This document shows, piece by piece, positions 46,012-59,689 of a DNA stretch of 64,000 nucleotides. The stretch spans positions 36,084,001 through 36,148,000 of the forward strand of contig NC_134468.1 of assembly GCF_964194025.1 (NCBI RefSeq). Reading direction: 5' to 3'. Every line of letters starts with the position of its first letter. The first letter of the stretch is position 1. Source of the DNA: Convolutriloba macropyga. Taxonomy: Eukaryota. The notes below the pieces were generated by a model, which saw nothing but the letters and a program-made list of their open reading frames with translations, was not told the origin of the DNA and did not search any database. The position numbers and the translations under genes were made by a program.

Positions 46012-49000
46012 TTTCAGCTCTGTTTCGACTCAAACTGCTTTGGAGACTCATACTTATGGTGTGAAGGGCGGTTCGTAGGACGCCANNNNNNNNNNNNNNN
46101 NNNNNNNNNNNNNNNNNNNNNNNNNNNNNNNNNNNNNNNNNNNNNNNNNNNNNNNNNNNNNNNNNNNNNNNNNNNNNNNNNNNNNNNNNNNNNNNNNNNN
46201 NNNNNNNNNNNNNNNNNNNNNNNNNNNNNNNNNNNNNNNNNNNNNNNNNNNNNNNNNNNNNNNNNNNNNNNNNNNNNNNNNNNNNNNNNNNNNNNNNNNN
46301 NNNNNNNNNNNNNNNNNNNNNNNNNNNNNNNNNNNNNNNNNNNNNNNNNNNNNNNNNNNNNNNNNNNNNNNNNNNNNNNNNNNNNNNNNNNNNNNNNCAG
46401 CGCTGTTGCCCCCACCCCACTATTGCCCACCCCCGTCCCTCCCCATCAGCCCCCGGTGCACCCCCTAACCCCCGTGGTTATTACGTTCGAACAAAAGATT
46501 GCTAAAAATACGCAATTTTTTACTACTAATTTTCACATTTTTTAAGCTTTTTGAAAATTTTTGTCACTTTTTGAGTTCTTTCAGCCCTATTTTCCGGATA
46601 AAACTTGCATTTTTTCGAGTTTTTTGAATTTTTTTTTAGGTTTCTCCAGCCTCAAGAGCCACATAACCTCCTCTAGGTTTTGATTATACGCTACTACATA
46701 GCGTCTAGATGCAATGGAGTGTTTTTCAAGAATTAAATATAAGCAATTTTTAAAAATATTTGCAATTTTTTCAAGTTTTTTAACCTTTTTGAATTTTTTC
46801 TCAATTTTCGGCACCAGGTTCCTAGAGAACTCCTCCGAGGTTTGATGACAAGCTGTCGCATAGTTTCTAGAGTTAATGGAATGGTTATCAATTTTCAACT
46901 CCAGCTTTAGCAATTTTTTGATAAAATCTAATTTTTTTACAAATTTTCGGACAATTATCATCATGTTCTAAGTTTATGGATCTTTTATGGAAGAGCCAGT
47001 GAAATTATTTAAAGCTTGAAATAGGGATACTAATTAGTCTCTTGAGACAATGAAATGGTTTTGAAGATTTTAATATCTCAATTTTTAGCAAGATTTTGTT
47101 AAAATTTGCGATTGTTTTCAAAATTTTTGAATATTTTTGTCCTTTTCTGAGTTTAACAATCTTTTCTGACCAACGAAGCTTTTCAAGTCTTGCAGATGGG
47201 TTACTTGACATAACTCCGGAGACAAAAAACAGTTTTAAACATCTTCACTGCGAAACTGGAAGCTTTTCTTTTAAATTTTGCGAATTTTCAAAATATCAGT
47301 TTTTTATTTGATTTATTTACTAACAAGGCTGGAAAACTAAAATTTGCACAGTAGAATCAAGCTAAAGCTAGCCTCACTAAGTGGCTAGCTAATGACGAAG
47401 CCAACCACTCGGCGGTCGTTTGAGAGCAATTCGCCCGACGTTAGTCGGTTATGTTTTAATTTTTCAATCTAATACATTCTATACATATAGACCGCAAATA
47501 TTGGCGCCGTCAAAATTTACCTTATGTTCTGTTACAAATAGCCTTCCGGTTTTAATCACTGGTTTGATTTAGTCAGCAGTTTGTTACCTAATCTTTTATT
47601 GTTTAGCGAGTTCTGAATACTAGTGAGTAATGATCGCACGCAACAAACCAGTCAACACAAAAACACGACCTACGGGGCTACGGTGGCAAATAGCACAGGG
47701 CGTTGTGCCGGGGTTTGTTTCAAATTTGTGGATAGGCAGTCACATACTACTACTAATATACCTATTATTATGATACAAATGCAATCTAGGGTACCAGTTA
47801 AAAAAAGGCAATAAGCGCATGTATCCCGCCAAAATTACCTGCGAATTCCAGCTCTGTGCGACCGCTACAACACGGCTTACCGCTACAGCAGGGCAACCAA
47901 CAGAGCTTACAGAGTGGCTATAATCACCCCAGTGGAACGCAACTTGATACACCTTGCCATGTCATGCAAGATCTTTATGACTCTTGCAGAACTTGAAACA
48001 CCTTGCTAAGATCTTGATAGGCAAAAAATTTTTGGAACATCTTGGTTAAGATATTGGCACACAAAAATTAAAACTGGACACATGTTCCCTTTGGGCAAAG
48101 AGAAAAACTAGAGAAAAACATAGGTAACGATTGAAAATAATTCAGTAATAGGTTTAAAAACTGCTCCCGACGCTAGACAAAAGTTTTGTGAAAAAGTTCA
48201 TGACGAAGTTTTAGAGGACGAGCATTTTGAAAATTAACAACCGCATCTCGCAATTTATAAATTTGATAAAAAGTTAAAACACTGCCTAAATAGACCAAGA
48301 TTATCTGTAAGTTCTGATTTGAAGCTTTGAGGTCTATGTTCTGTAGCATGCATGTCAAACAGTAAAACCCGAACACAATTGCTTTCATTGATTGTATGAA
48401 GTATGACATCTACTAACAAACTTATTTCTTCATGCCCCATTTCACTTCAGCCATACAACACTACCATAAAGTCCGAAAATCAGATAAGTTTTCTGAAATA
48501 CAGCTCCTGAAATCCCACTAGAACCATCATCAAGGACGGCAATGTTTACAAAACTCGTATAATTATTATCAGTGAAGCTCAAAAATTTTAATGCAGTGAA
48601 TCTTAAGAGCTTAAAAATGCGGTACAAGTTTATCTTTCAAAAGCAATAGCCTTCCTATTGGACTCCGCGTAGTGCAACTTATCAATTAAAACATACTCTA
48701 TACATATCATCTATCACTATAGTGTAGTGACTAAACATGCGCAGAAACTGCATCTTTCCTCTGAATGAATGGAGACAAAAGCTTCATGCTGCCTCCAACA
48801 ATTACAAAAAACAATGAAACAGCATGGAAGTATCAAACTTAACTCAACTCGCTTTGAAATTATTTTGCTGGAGCTACAACATCATGAATGGTCTATGTCG
48901 ATTCTTAGCCAAAAGATGTGGTTTCCTCACCAAATTGGCGTTAATTGTCTTCCTTGTTGTCAACTTCAGGTATATCTTAAATTTGTTTACATTTGTTAAG

Positions 49001-52000
49001 TTAGCGCGACTTAATAGAACAAAGCTTGGTTATTTTAAATAGACGCAACTTGGCACGCAAAAACTCTTCGCTTTCACTGGACAGTCCTGTATAAATCGAA
49101 AATCAAAAATTAGTCAAATATTGAAAAGTTAAATGAATTTTTGAAACAACATACCGATGAAAAGCCATCAAATTTGTACTCGTCACGACGCGTGCTCAAT
49201 TTCCTATGAGCTCTTTAAGATATGCAAAATGCGGATTTTTGTATTTCAAGGAACTGTCGATTTTGACTGATTTCTATATATTTAGCTTTCTTTTCATAAA
49301 ACAACACGTGAAACAGGCCATTTTATATCAGATTTTATCCATGACTTCTCAAACGCACTGCCCTAAAAACAATTGAAACAATTTTGTTCAACTAAGTTGT
49401 GGCATACTATGTCTGCCACTGTCCAGCATAGCAGAGGTAACTGGAATTCAAAATCTGTCTGTCATTTTTTAAATTATTTAAATCAATTTTCGTCGCGATT
49501 GCAAATAATTTTTTTATCGCTGCCGACCGTTCACCAAATAAAGATAACGCCATTTACACTGAAAAATAAATTAATGTTCCAACATTTCTTTCAAAATGAG
49601 GGAATATATATGCGAGGCTGGCTTTTCTTCAGTCAAATTTTCACTTTTCGTTTACGCATCGTAAAGAAAGAAAAAACAATTTTGTAGTCCTCTGGATCTA
49701 GTTTGGATTTTTATAAAAATATCAGAAATTTGGAAAAGGGGAAGACTATAAAAATTTGAAGGAAAAATTAAAAAGGAAAGAAACATCCTTCGGGGGAGGG
49801 GGAGGGGCAGATTGCGTTCAAATTTAAGATTAAAATAAGAGAAATATGTATTAAAATTTCAGCTCTGTTTCGACTCAAACTGCTTTGGAGACTCATACTT
49901 ATGGTGTGAAGGGCGGTTCGTANNNNNNNNNNNNNNNNNNNNNNNNNNNNNNNNNNNNNNNNNNNNNNNNNNNNNNNNNNNNNNNNNNNNNNNNNNNNNN
50001 NNNNNNNNNNNNNNNNNNNNNNNNNNNNNNNNNNNNNNNNNNNNNNNNNNNNNNNNNNNNNNNNNNNNNNNNNNNNNNNNNNNNNNNNNNNNNNNNNNNN
50101 NNNNNNNNNNNNNNNNNNNNNNNNNNNNNNNNNNNNNNNNNNNNNNNNNNNNNNNNNNNNNNNNNNNNNNNNNNNNNNNNNNNNNNNNNNNNNNNNNNNN
50201 NNNNNNNNNNNNNNNNNNNNNNNNNNNNNNNNNNNNNNNNNNNNNNNNNNNNNNNNNNNNNNNNNNNNNNNNNNNNNNNNNNNNNNNNNNNNNNNNNNNN
50301 NNNNNCATCCCCCACCGCGCTGTTGCCCCCACTAATTTTCACATTTTTTTAAGCTTTTTGAAAATTTTTGTCACTTTTTGAGTTCTTTCAGCCCTATTTT
50401 CCGGATAAAACTTGCATTTTTTCGAGTTTTTTGAATTTTTTTTTAGGTTTCTCCAGCCTCAAGAGCCACATAACCTCCTCTAGGTTTTGATTATACGCTA
50501 CTACATAGCGTCTAGATGCAATGGAGTGTTTTTCAAGAATTAAATATAAGCAATTTTTAAAAATATTTGCAATTTTTTCAAGTTTTTTAACCTTTTTGAA
50601 TTTTTTCTCAATTTTCGGCACCAGGTTCCTAGAGAACTCCTCCGAGGTTTGATGACAAGCTGTCGCATAGTTTCTAGAGTTAATGGAATGGTTATCAATT
50701 TTCAACTCCAGCTTTAGCAATTTTTTGATAAAATCTAATTTTTTTACAAATTTTCGGACAATTATCATCATGTTCTAAGTTTATGGATCTTTTATGGAAG
50801 AGCCAGTGAAATTATTTAAAGCTTGAAATAGGGATACTAATTAGTCTCTTGAGACAATGAAATGGTTTTGAAGATTTTAATATCTCAATTTTTAGCAAGA
50901 TTTTGTTAAAATTTGCTATTGTTTTCAAAATTTTTGAATATTTTTGTCCTTTTCTGAGTTTAACAATCTTTTCTGACCAACGAATATTTTCAAGTCTTGC
51001 AGATGGGTTACTTGACATAACTCCGGCGACAAAAAATAGTTTTAAACATCTTCACTGCGAAATCTGGAAGCTTTTCTTTTAAATTTTGCGAATTTTCAAA
51101 ATATCAGTTTTTTATTTGATTTATTTACTAACAAGGCTGGAAAACTAAAATTTGCACAGTAGAATCAAGCTAAAGCTAGCCTCACTAAGTGGCTAGCTAA
51201 TGACGAAGCCAACCACTCGGCGGTCGTTTGAGAGCAATTCGCCCGACGTTAGTCGGTTATGTTTTAATTTTTCAATCTAATACATTCTATACATATAGAC
51301 CGCAAATATTGGCGCCGTCAAAATTTACCTTATGTTCTGTTACAAATAGCCTTCCGGTTTTAATCACTGGTTTGATTTAGTCAGCAGTTTGTTACCTAAT
51401 CTTTTATTGTTTAGCGAGTTCTGAATACTAGTGAGTAATGATCGCACGCAACAAACCAGTCAACACAAAAACACGACCTACGGGGCTACGGTGGCAAATA
51501 GCACAGGGCGTTGTGCCGGGGTTTGTTTCAAATTTGTGGATAGGCAGTCACATACTACTACTAATATACCTATTATTATGATACAAATGCAATCTAGGGT
51601 ACCAGTTAAAAAAAGGCAATAAGCGCATGTATCCCGCCAAAATTACCTGCGAATTCCAGCTCTGTGCGACCGCTACAACACGGCTTACCGCTACAGCAGG
51701 GCAACCAACAGAGCTTACAGAGTGGCTATAATCACCCCAGTGGAACGCAACTTGATACACCTTGCCATGTCATGCAAGATCTTTATGACTCTTGCAGAAC
51801 TTGAAACACCTTGCTAAGATCTTGATAGGCAAAAAATTTTTGGAACATCTTGGTTAAGATATTGGCACACAAAAATTAAAACTGGACACATGTTCCCTTT
51901 GGGCAAAGAGAAAAACTAGAGAAAAACATAGGTAACGATTGAAAATAATTCAGTAATAGGTTTAAAAACTGCTCTCGACGCTAGACAAAAGTTTTGTGAA

Positions 52001-53615
52001 AAAGTTCATGACGAAGTTTTAGAGGACGAGCATTTTGAAAATTAACAACCGCATCTCGCAATATATAAATTTGATAAAAAGTTAAAACACTGCCTAAATA
52101 GACCAAGATTATCTGTAAGTTCTGATTTGAAGCTTTGAGGTCTATGTTCTGTAGCATGCATGTCAAACAGTAAAACCCGAACACAATTGCTTTCATTGAT
52201 TGTATGAAGTATGACATCTACTAACAACCTTATTTCTTCATGCCCCATTTCACTTCAGCCATACAACACTACCATAAAGTCCGAAAATCAGATAAGTTTT
52301 CTGAAATACAGCTCCTGAAATCCCACTAGAACCATCATCAAGGACCGCAATGTTTACAAAACTCGTATAATTATTATCAGTGAAGCTCAAAAATTTTAAT
52401 GCAGGAATCTTAAGAGCTTAAAAATGCGGGACAAGTTTATCTTTCAAAAGCAATAGCCTTCTTATTGGACTGCGCGTAGTGCAACTTATCAATTAAAAAA
52501 TACTCTATACATATCATCTATCACTATAGTGTGGTGACTAAACATGCGCAGAAACTGCATCTTTCCTCCGAATGAATGAAGACAAAAGCTTCATGCTGCC
52601 TCCAACAATTACAAAAAACAATGAAACAGCATGTTAGTTTCAAGCTTAACTCAACTCACTTTAAAATTATTTTGCTGGAGCTACCACGTCATGAATGGTC
52701 TATGTCGATTCTTAGCCAAAAGATGTGGCTTCCTCACCAAATTGGCGTTAATTGTCTTCCTTGTTGTTAACTTCAGGTATATCTTACACTTGTTTACATT
52801 GTCGGGTAGTGCAACTTAATAGCACAAAGCTTGGTTATTTTAAATAGACGCAACTTGGCATGCAAAAACTCTGCGCTTTCACGGAACAGTTCCGTATCAA
52901 ATCGACACAAACAACTTTCAAAAATTGAGTCAAGTATTGAAAAATTGAATGAATTTTTGAAACAATAAGCCGATTAAAAACCATCAAATTTGTACTCGCC
53001 ACGACGCGTGCGCAATTTCCTGTGACCTCGTTCAGATATGCAAAATGCGGATTTTCGTCTTTCGAGGAACTGTCGATTTTGACTGATTTTATATATTTAG
53101 CTTCCTTTTCATAAAATAACACGTGAAACAGACCATTTTAGCAAATTTTATCCATGATTTCTCAAGCGCACTGCCCTAAAAACAATTGAACCAATTTTGT
53201 TGAACTAAGGTGTGGCATACTATGTCTGCCACTGTCCAGCATAGCAGAGGTAACTGGAATTCAAAATCTGTCTCATTTTTCGCTTATTTCAATCAATTTT
53301 CGTCGCGATTGCAAATATTTTTTTTATCGCTGCTGATTTTTTGAAATTTGCCGACCGTTCACTAAACATAGACAAATTTTCACCGTTCTCCAGTCAAATT
53401 TTCACTTTTTGTTTACGCATCGCAGAGGAAGAAAAAAACCATTTTGTAGTCCTCTGGATCTAGTTTGGATTTTTATTTAAAAAAATCAGAAATTTGAAAA
53501 AGGGGAACACTTTAAAATTTTGAAGGAGAAATTGAAAAGGAAAGAAACATCCCTCGGGGGGGGGGGGGCAGATTGCGTTGAAATTTAAGATTAAAATAAT
53601 AAAAGGAGAAATATG
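46012..53615. repeat. Tandem duplication of a ~3.8-kb unit (46012-49856 and 49857-~53615)
   Basis: Identical ORF translations offset by ~3807 nt. Both units start tttcagctctgtttcgactc followed by an N gap and end with a G run plus cagattgcgtt. Confidence 0.93.
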
Positions 53616-54699
53616 CAAAAAAATTAGTTAGGTTAACGAGACTTTTCATTGCCACCAATAATTCTTTAAAGTCTAAAACTTATCGATTTTAATTATTTGA
53701 CAAAAAAAAAATGCGAATAAGCATTTACGTTGTTTTTTCTGTTCAAAACTTCAAAAAATTTTCCCCCGTAACTCCATTTTCTGCTGATTAAAAACTATTG
53801 TAACATCCATTGCTTCTCCTAAACATTTTTTGGAAAATGGAAAATTTCAGGCAATTTAGAGCTCTCAAAATAGCCAAAAACTCACTTTGAAAACTTTAAA
53901 ACAACAAGGCGGCTCGATAATGTGCGATCGCACATAAGGTTCCGAACCCGCTCATCCACAATTTTCACATAATTGTCTACCAATTGAGGAACAGATGGAA
54001 AAACACAAAAAAAATCAAGTATTTTTCAAAAAAAATTTGGTGTATGAACGAAAAGATAGCCTCGAAAGCAAATAACTCAGTGGAGTAAAAAATGATGCAT
54101 TAGATTGATGAGATATGCCGATATTAAGAAAGCGAGCAAAGACGAACGACAAAATCAAACAACAACAACAAACATTAATTACATCAAAAATTTTATGTCC
54201 GTTTTAAAAAACAAAACTGAAAAACAACGTCAAAATAGCGTCAGATAATACTGAAAATAAACAAAATAACTTGTAATTCACCAGAACAAAATGGTTATTC
54301 ACCAGTTCATAATAAAGCTTGGTAACAATTAGACAAAAAAGAACAAACATTAAAATTAGAAAATTCGCTGAAATTTTTTTTATAAAAACAATTAATTTCA
54401 AAGTAATGAAAACCATAAGGAATCAACTAAAATATCCCATAGATTTCCAATTACCAATGCTTCTATAGAAGGGAATTAAGAACTCCTGGTATTCAATTTT
54501 TTATGCAGTATCGAAAAGAATAACAAATAGACAACAACCTAAAAATCAATTAGAACTTGCCAGAAGATGCTTTGGAAGCCGTTAAGCCATAATTTGGCCC
54601 CCAAAATATGTTCGATTGCACCTTCGTCGAACACCCATAATAAATTATGTGGCCACTCATTAATGAAAATAAGCAACAATTGGACAAAAAAAGAAAAAA

Positions 54700-57600
54700 T
54701 GCAAAATTATGTAATACTTGTTTCTTTTCGAAAAAAATTTATTTCCAAAGATTTAAAAGCCATTAATTACAAAGTGAAAAGATCGAAGAGGTCCGTCCAA
54801 TCTTCCAAAGGAAGCCCTTGAGACCTGCAATTATCCAGAATATGTCTTACGTCCACAAAAAGAACGTCAAAAATGACAAAAATCAAATATTCATTTTTCA
54901 TTTTTTTTGTGAAAAACCCGTGTGGAAGCCAGTAAAGTCATAACGAATTCTCTTAAAACATTAGATTTTGTGACACCAATCCCTTTTGACACCTTCCCTT
55001 GAAATGTATTATGTGAAATATTTAGCCGGAATATGTGACAAAAAAAAATTCAATGAAAATAGCTGACAATATATTTTGTCTTCCTCCATCAAGAGTTCGG
55101 AACAAAAAGCGGAAAAAGGTATTCCTTCCTCCCTCAAGAGGGGTCGGAACAAAAAGCGGAAAAAGGTATTTTTTTGTCAGAAATCTAGAACTTTCTAATT
55201 TCATCAAAACTAACCATTTTTGTTTTTGAAATTGCTCATCTTATTCAGCAACTCGGGACTCGGCGAATTTCTGTAAAATGAAAACCTAAAGTTTTCATTT
55301 TAATGATTGTGAAGTCTTCATAAAAAACGGAGTGCTTTTGAAAGACAAAAAATTTTTACTTCAGTTCACGATATTAAAACTTCCATTAAAAATACTCCCG
55401 AGAAAAAAGGCTGAAACTGAGAACTGCTTAGTCATAAAAATTAAACTTTATTTAATATTTGCTAAATTATCCAGAATATGTCTTACGTCTACAAAAAGAA
55501 CGTCAAAAATGACAAAAATCAAAAATTTATTTTTCATTTTGTGAAAAACCCGTGTGGAAGCCAGTAAAGTCATAACGAATTCTCTTAAAACATTAGATTT
55601 TGTGACAACAATCCCTTTTGGCACCTTCCCTTGAAATGTATTATGTGACCTCTGTAAAACTAGGTATCAATTAGACCAAAAAGAAAAAAAGCAAGATTAT
55701 GTATTACTTGTTTTATCGAAAAAAATTTATTTACAAAGACATGAAAGCCATTAATTACAAAAAAGAAAAAATTGAATAGGTTCGTTTATTCTTCCAAAGG
55801 CCGCCCTCGAGACCTGCAATTATCCAGAACGTCTTACGTGTACAAAAAGAACGTCAAATATGACAAAAATCAAAAATTAATTTACTTTTTTTTTGTGAAA
55901 AACCCGTGTCGAAGCCAGTAAAGTCATAACGAATTATTGAACAATATTAGATTTTGTGACACCAAACCCTTTTGACACCTTCCCTGACAAAAATACTGTC
56001 ATCTTTAAACTTTAATTAACGAGACCAGGTAACAAACAGACAAAAAAAGAACAAAATTGCGAGGTTGAAATGTTTTTTTTTTCATTTTGGAAAACAATTG
56101 TTTTCAAAGTCGTGAAAGCCATTATCTATCTTCTAATATCAGAAAATCGGCTCATCTACTCCCTCCTCCAGGAAAAGCCAATCGAACCGGGTCATTGTAC
56201 AGGAAATTATATACGACTAAAAAGACAAAGTAAAAACGACAGTTAAAGACAAAAATAAAAAATTCAATTTATATTCTTCGAGAAAGTACTGTCGAAGCGG
56301 TAAAGAACCACAATCTATATCTTTAACGAATTAAATATTATCAATTGTGCGTTATTGTGAACGCGAAAAATGTGATATATGAACTGACAATAACGTGATA
56401 ATTTGACAAAACTAGAAAACATGAAATGGGCAAATACCTAAAAATTAAAAATTGTGAAATCTAGTAGTATCAAAGCCAGACACGATAACTTAAGGCGTAA
56501 AACCGCAATAAAGACTAGATTTGAATTCAGCAGAAAACAGGAGCACTCTTTGATTGCTGACACTAAGCTACATTTAAAAAAATCAAATATATTTAAAAAT
56601 CAAATATTTTAAAACTCAAAACGACCATAAGCTTTCAAGCAACCAACTAGATAAATTAATTTCGAGCGAATTAGTTAGCCAGTAGGACCTATCACTAGTG
56701 AGCTTTAATCTGAAATGTTCTGTTACTTAATTAAAATAAAAAAGATCGAATTTTTTTTATAAAAAACCGACTGACGACAATCCAATTTTTTTTGGATTGT
56801 AACGGTCCAAGATTGGTCCAGAACTAGTCCTGCTAATGCTCATTACCCATTAGGAATATTTAATTTTTGGAACATCATTGATATAGATATTTTGTTAGTT
56901 AAAAAATCAAAATGCTGCGTTTTTGAAAATCAACAAATTAGGTTAGCAAAAAACGGCAAAGTTTTATTTACAGAGCACTCTCGACGGAAGTTGAAATGGA
57001 ATTAGCCCCTTTTTCAGTCTACAAAGATTGTGTTAGTGGTGTTTGGGTGCGCACTTCCTGCAAATTTAATCAGAGTGGACTAAAGAATCTTATTTCGTGC
57101 TGTTTTTGATGAAAGTCTGAATTTTGTGAAATATTTAGCCGGAATATGTGACAAAAAAAATTCAATGAAAATAGCTGACAATATATTTTGTCTTTAAACG
57201 TAAAGTCAACAACATTTTCTTGAAAAATTTTATTAAATTTCATCAAAATTGGCAAAATTTTAGTCAAAAATTCCGAAAAAAAGGTGAATGAAATCAACGG
57301 AATTCACTCTATTTTCTCGAAAGTTTAAACCTCGATATCTCCCTGTCAAAAACGAAAAGCAAAAAAATCTTTTTAATTCCATATTCCACGCTGGACAAGC
57401 TCTTCAATGATACCAGTCTCAACTATCTACGATGAATATATCGGCCAAAATTGACTGAACAAAAAAACCCCCATTCGAGTATATAGTTCCTTCCTCCCTC
57501 AAGAGGGGTCGGAACAAAAAGCGGAAAAAGGTATTTGTCAGAAATCTAGAACTTTCAAATTTCATCAAAACTAACCATTTTTGTTTTTGAAATTGTTCAT

Positions 57601-57830
57601 CTTATTCAGCAACTCGGGACTCGGCGAATTTCTGTAAAATGAAAACCTAATGTTTTTTTATTTTAATGATTCTGAAGTCTTCATAAAAAAACGGAGTGCT
57701 TTTGAAAGACAAAAAATCTTTACTTCAGTTCACGATATTAAAACTTTCATTAAAAATACTCCCGAGAAAACAGGCTGAAACTAAAAACTGCTTAGTCATG
57801 AAAATTAAACTTTATTTAATATTTGCTACA
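54700..57830. repeat. Patchwork of local direct repeats
   Basis: ttatccagaa...accttccc at ~54831, ~55467 and ~55820; 55120-55460 recurs at 57490-57826; 55010-55080 recurs at 57125-57192. Confidence 0.8.
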
Positions 57831-58677
57831 AAAGCGGTTTTAAATATGTTTAGAAGCGATATTGTCTCTATTTCTTCGAGCCTGCAACAGATCTGCGCGA
57901 TGATGACAAAAAATGACCCATTATGCTCAGAAAAGATCAAAATTAACAATAATTTTGGAGAAAAAATGAAAAAAGTTTATTACAAAATTTATAGTATTTT
58001 TTTACAATTAGCCTCAAGAAGTTTACACCAAGTATTCCAGATTAATCAGAAAAAACAAATGAACGAAACCAACTAAAAGTTGAAGATCAGAAGCAAAAAC
58101 AAAATTGAAAAAATATTTCTCGTCGAGTTTTTATGCGTTTGAGTTTTTGTGGATTCATTTATGTGAGTGCATGAATGTGCAAAAACTGGGTCATGGGTGT
58201 GCATAAAAGAAAAAGAGAATTAGTCTGAGAGACTAAGTTCCTTTAACTGTTAGACACAAGTAGAGGCAGAGTGGAAGAACTGTGAGAAGAACTTAAAAAA
58301 ATACATTTTTGCTACGAACTGCGTTTTTAAAAATGTTAAAACCTAAAAATGTGGTTATTGATTCTACAGTTCAAAAAATCTGAGATACTTTGAAAAAAAA
58401 ACGAATTGGCCCATTATTTTCATGAAAAAAAATATTTGGAAAGTTCATTTCAAGTTTTAACCTCAACTTTACAATTGACAATGCAATTGCCACAAAAGAA
58501 GTCCGCATATATTTTTTCCAGATACAACAAATAAGACACAAATGACCGAACCAAAGTATTGTTAAAGATCAGTTGCCGTAAACAAAAAGATTTTGTCGGT
58601 TTTTTTTTGTATGTTTTTGTTTGTGTGTGCGGGCATGAAAGTGAGTGTTTGCGTGTAATGTGTCTGGTATTTGTGTC

Positions 58678-58695
58678 GAGGAGAGAGAGAGAGAG

Positions 58696-58764
<69 letters not shown>
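58678..58764. repeat. (GA)n microsatellite
   Basis: Direct reading. Confidence 0.98.
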
Positions 58765-58768
<4 letters not shown>

Positions 58769-59689
58769 AGGCTAGCCTGAGCGAGTAAGCGTTAAAATGT
58801 TAAACAAAAAATAGAGGCAAAGTTCAAAAACTGTCAAAAACCATAAGAAATAGACAGATTATATAATTGTTACAAATTAAGGCTTTAGTTTTGTCCAAAA
58901 CCAAAATTTTTTTTGAAATGTCAATGTTAACTGATCTTGGAGATTATTAACAAAAATTAACATTTTCATTATGCTCAGACATCAAAAAAAAAACAAAATT
59001 TTCCGAAAAACTTTCACTTCAGAGTTTAGTGCCAAAATTTCGACCAACAATTAAATTGCCTCAACCAGTCCAAGCCTATTCCTTCAGGAAAAAAATCAAA
59101 GAAGAACTAATTAAACGTTACGAACACAGTAAAAATCAGTTGCCAAAGAATTTTTTTGTTATTGGGGTTTGTATTTGTTTGATTTTCTTTGTGTGTGGGT
59201 GTAATTTGTGTTGTGTGTCTGTTTTTATGGCTTGTCTCTATCTATGTTTTGCAAATCGTACTACACTTATCTTTCTACAATGCACTAAGGAGTTTTCTTT
59301 TTGTCTCCCGAAAAGAACAGCATATTTTTTGGTTCAAACAGTACAGGTAATTTTGTCCAATGCATATAAGTTGCTTTCCGATACTCCCAACAGTATCTCC
59401 GAACAAAATTATTGGTTCCTTTGCAAGATTGATCTATGTTGGAAAATACTGTGCTACGCACAGAATCGCACGAGCCATTTGGTTTTAATTTCATTTATAG
59501 TTGGCATAAAATACTCATCGCAAAAAATAAGACAAGATTTTTCTCCCAATTTCGTATGATTTACTTTAATTATTCAGTAAAAGCTCAAAAGAGTCAACTT
59601 GATAAACACTGTACAAACAACACTTCCTAGATAAAATTTTTGATTTTTACTTTCTATCAAATCCGATATCAGAAAAACCCGCCCGCAAA

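Noticed and set aside
47365-47450. Possible hammerhead ribozyme (hairpin then ctaatgacga...)
   Set aside because: The CUGANGA and GAAA core cannot be assembled with proper stems.
46004-50352. ORFs containing long X runs (also 26859-27107)
   Set aside because: Artefacts of N gaps.
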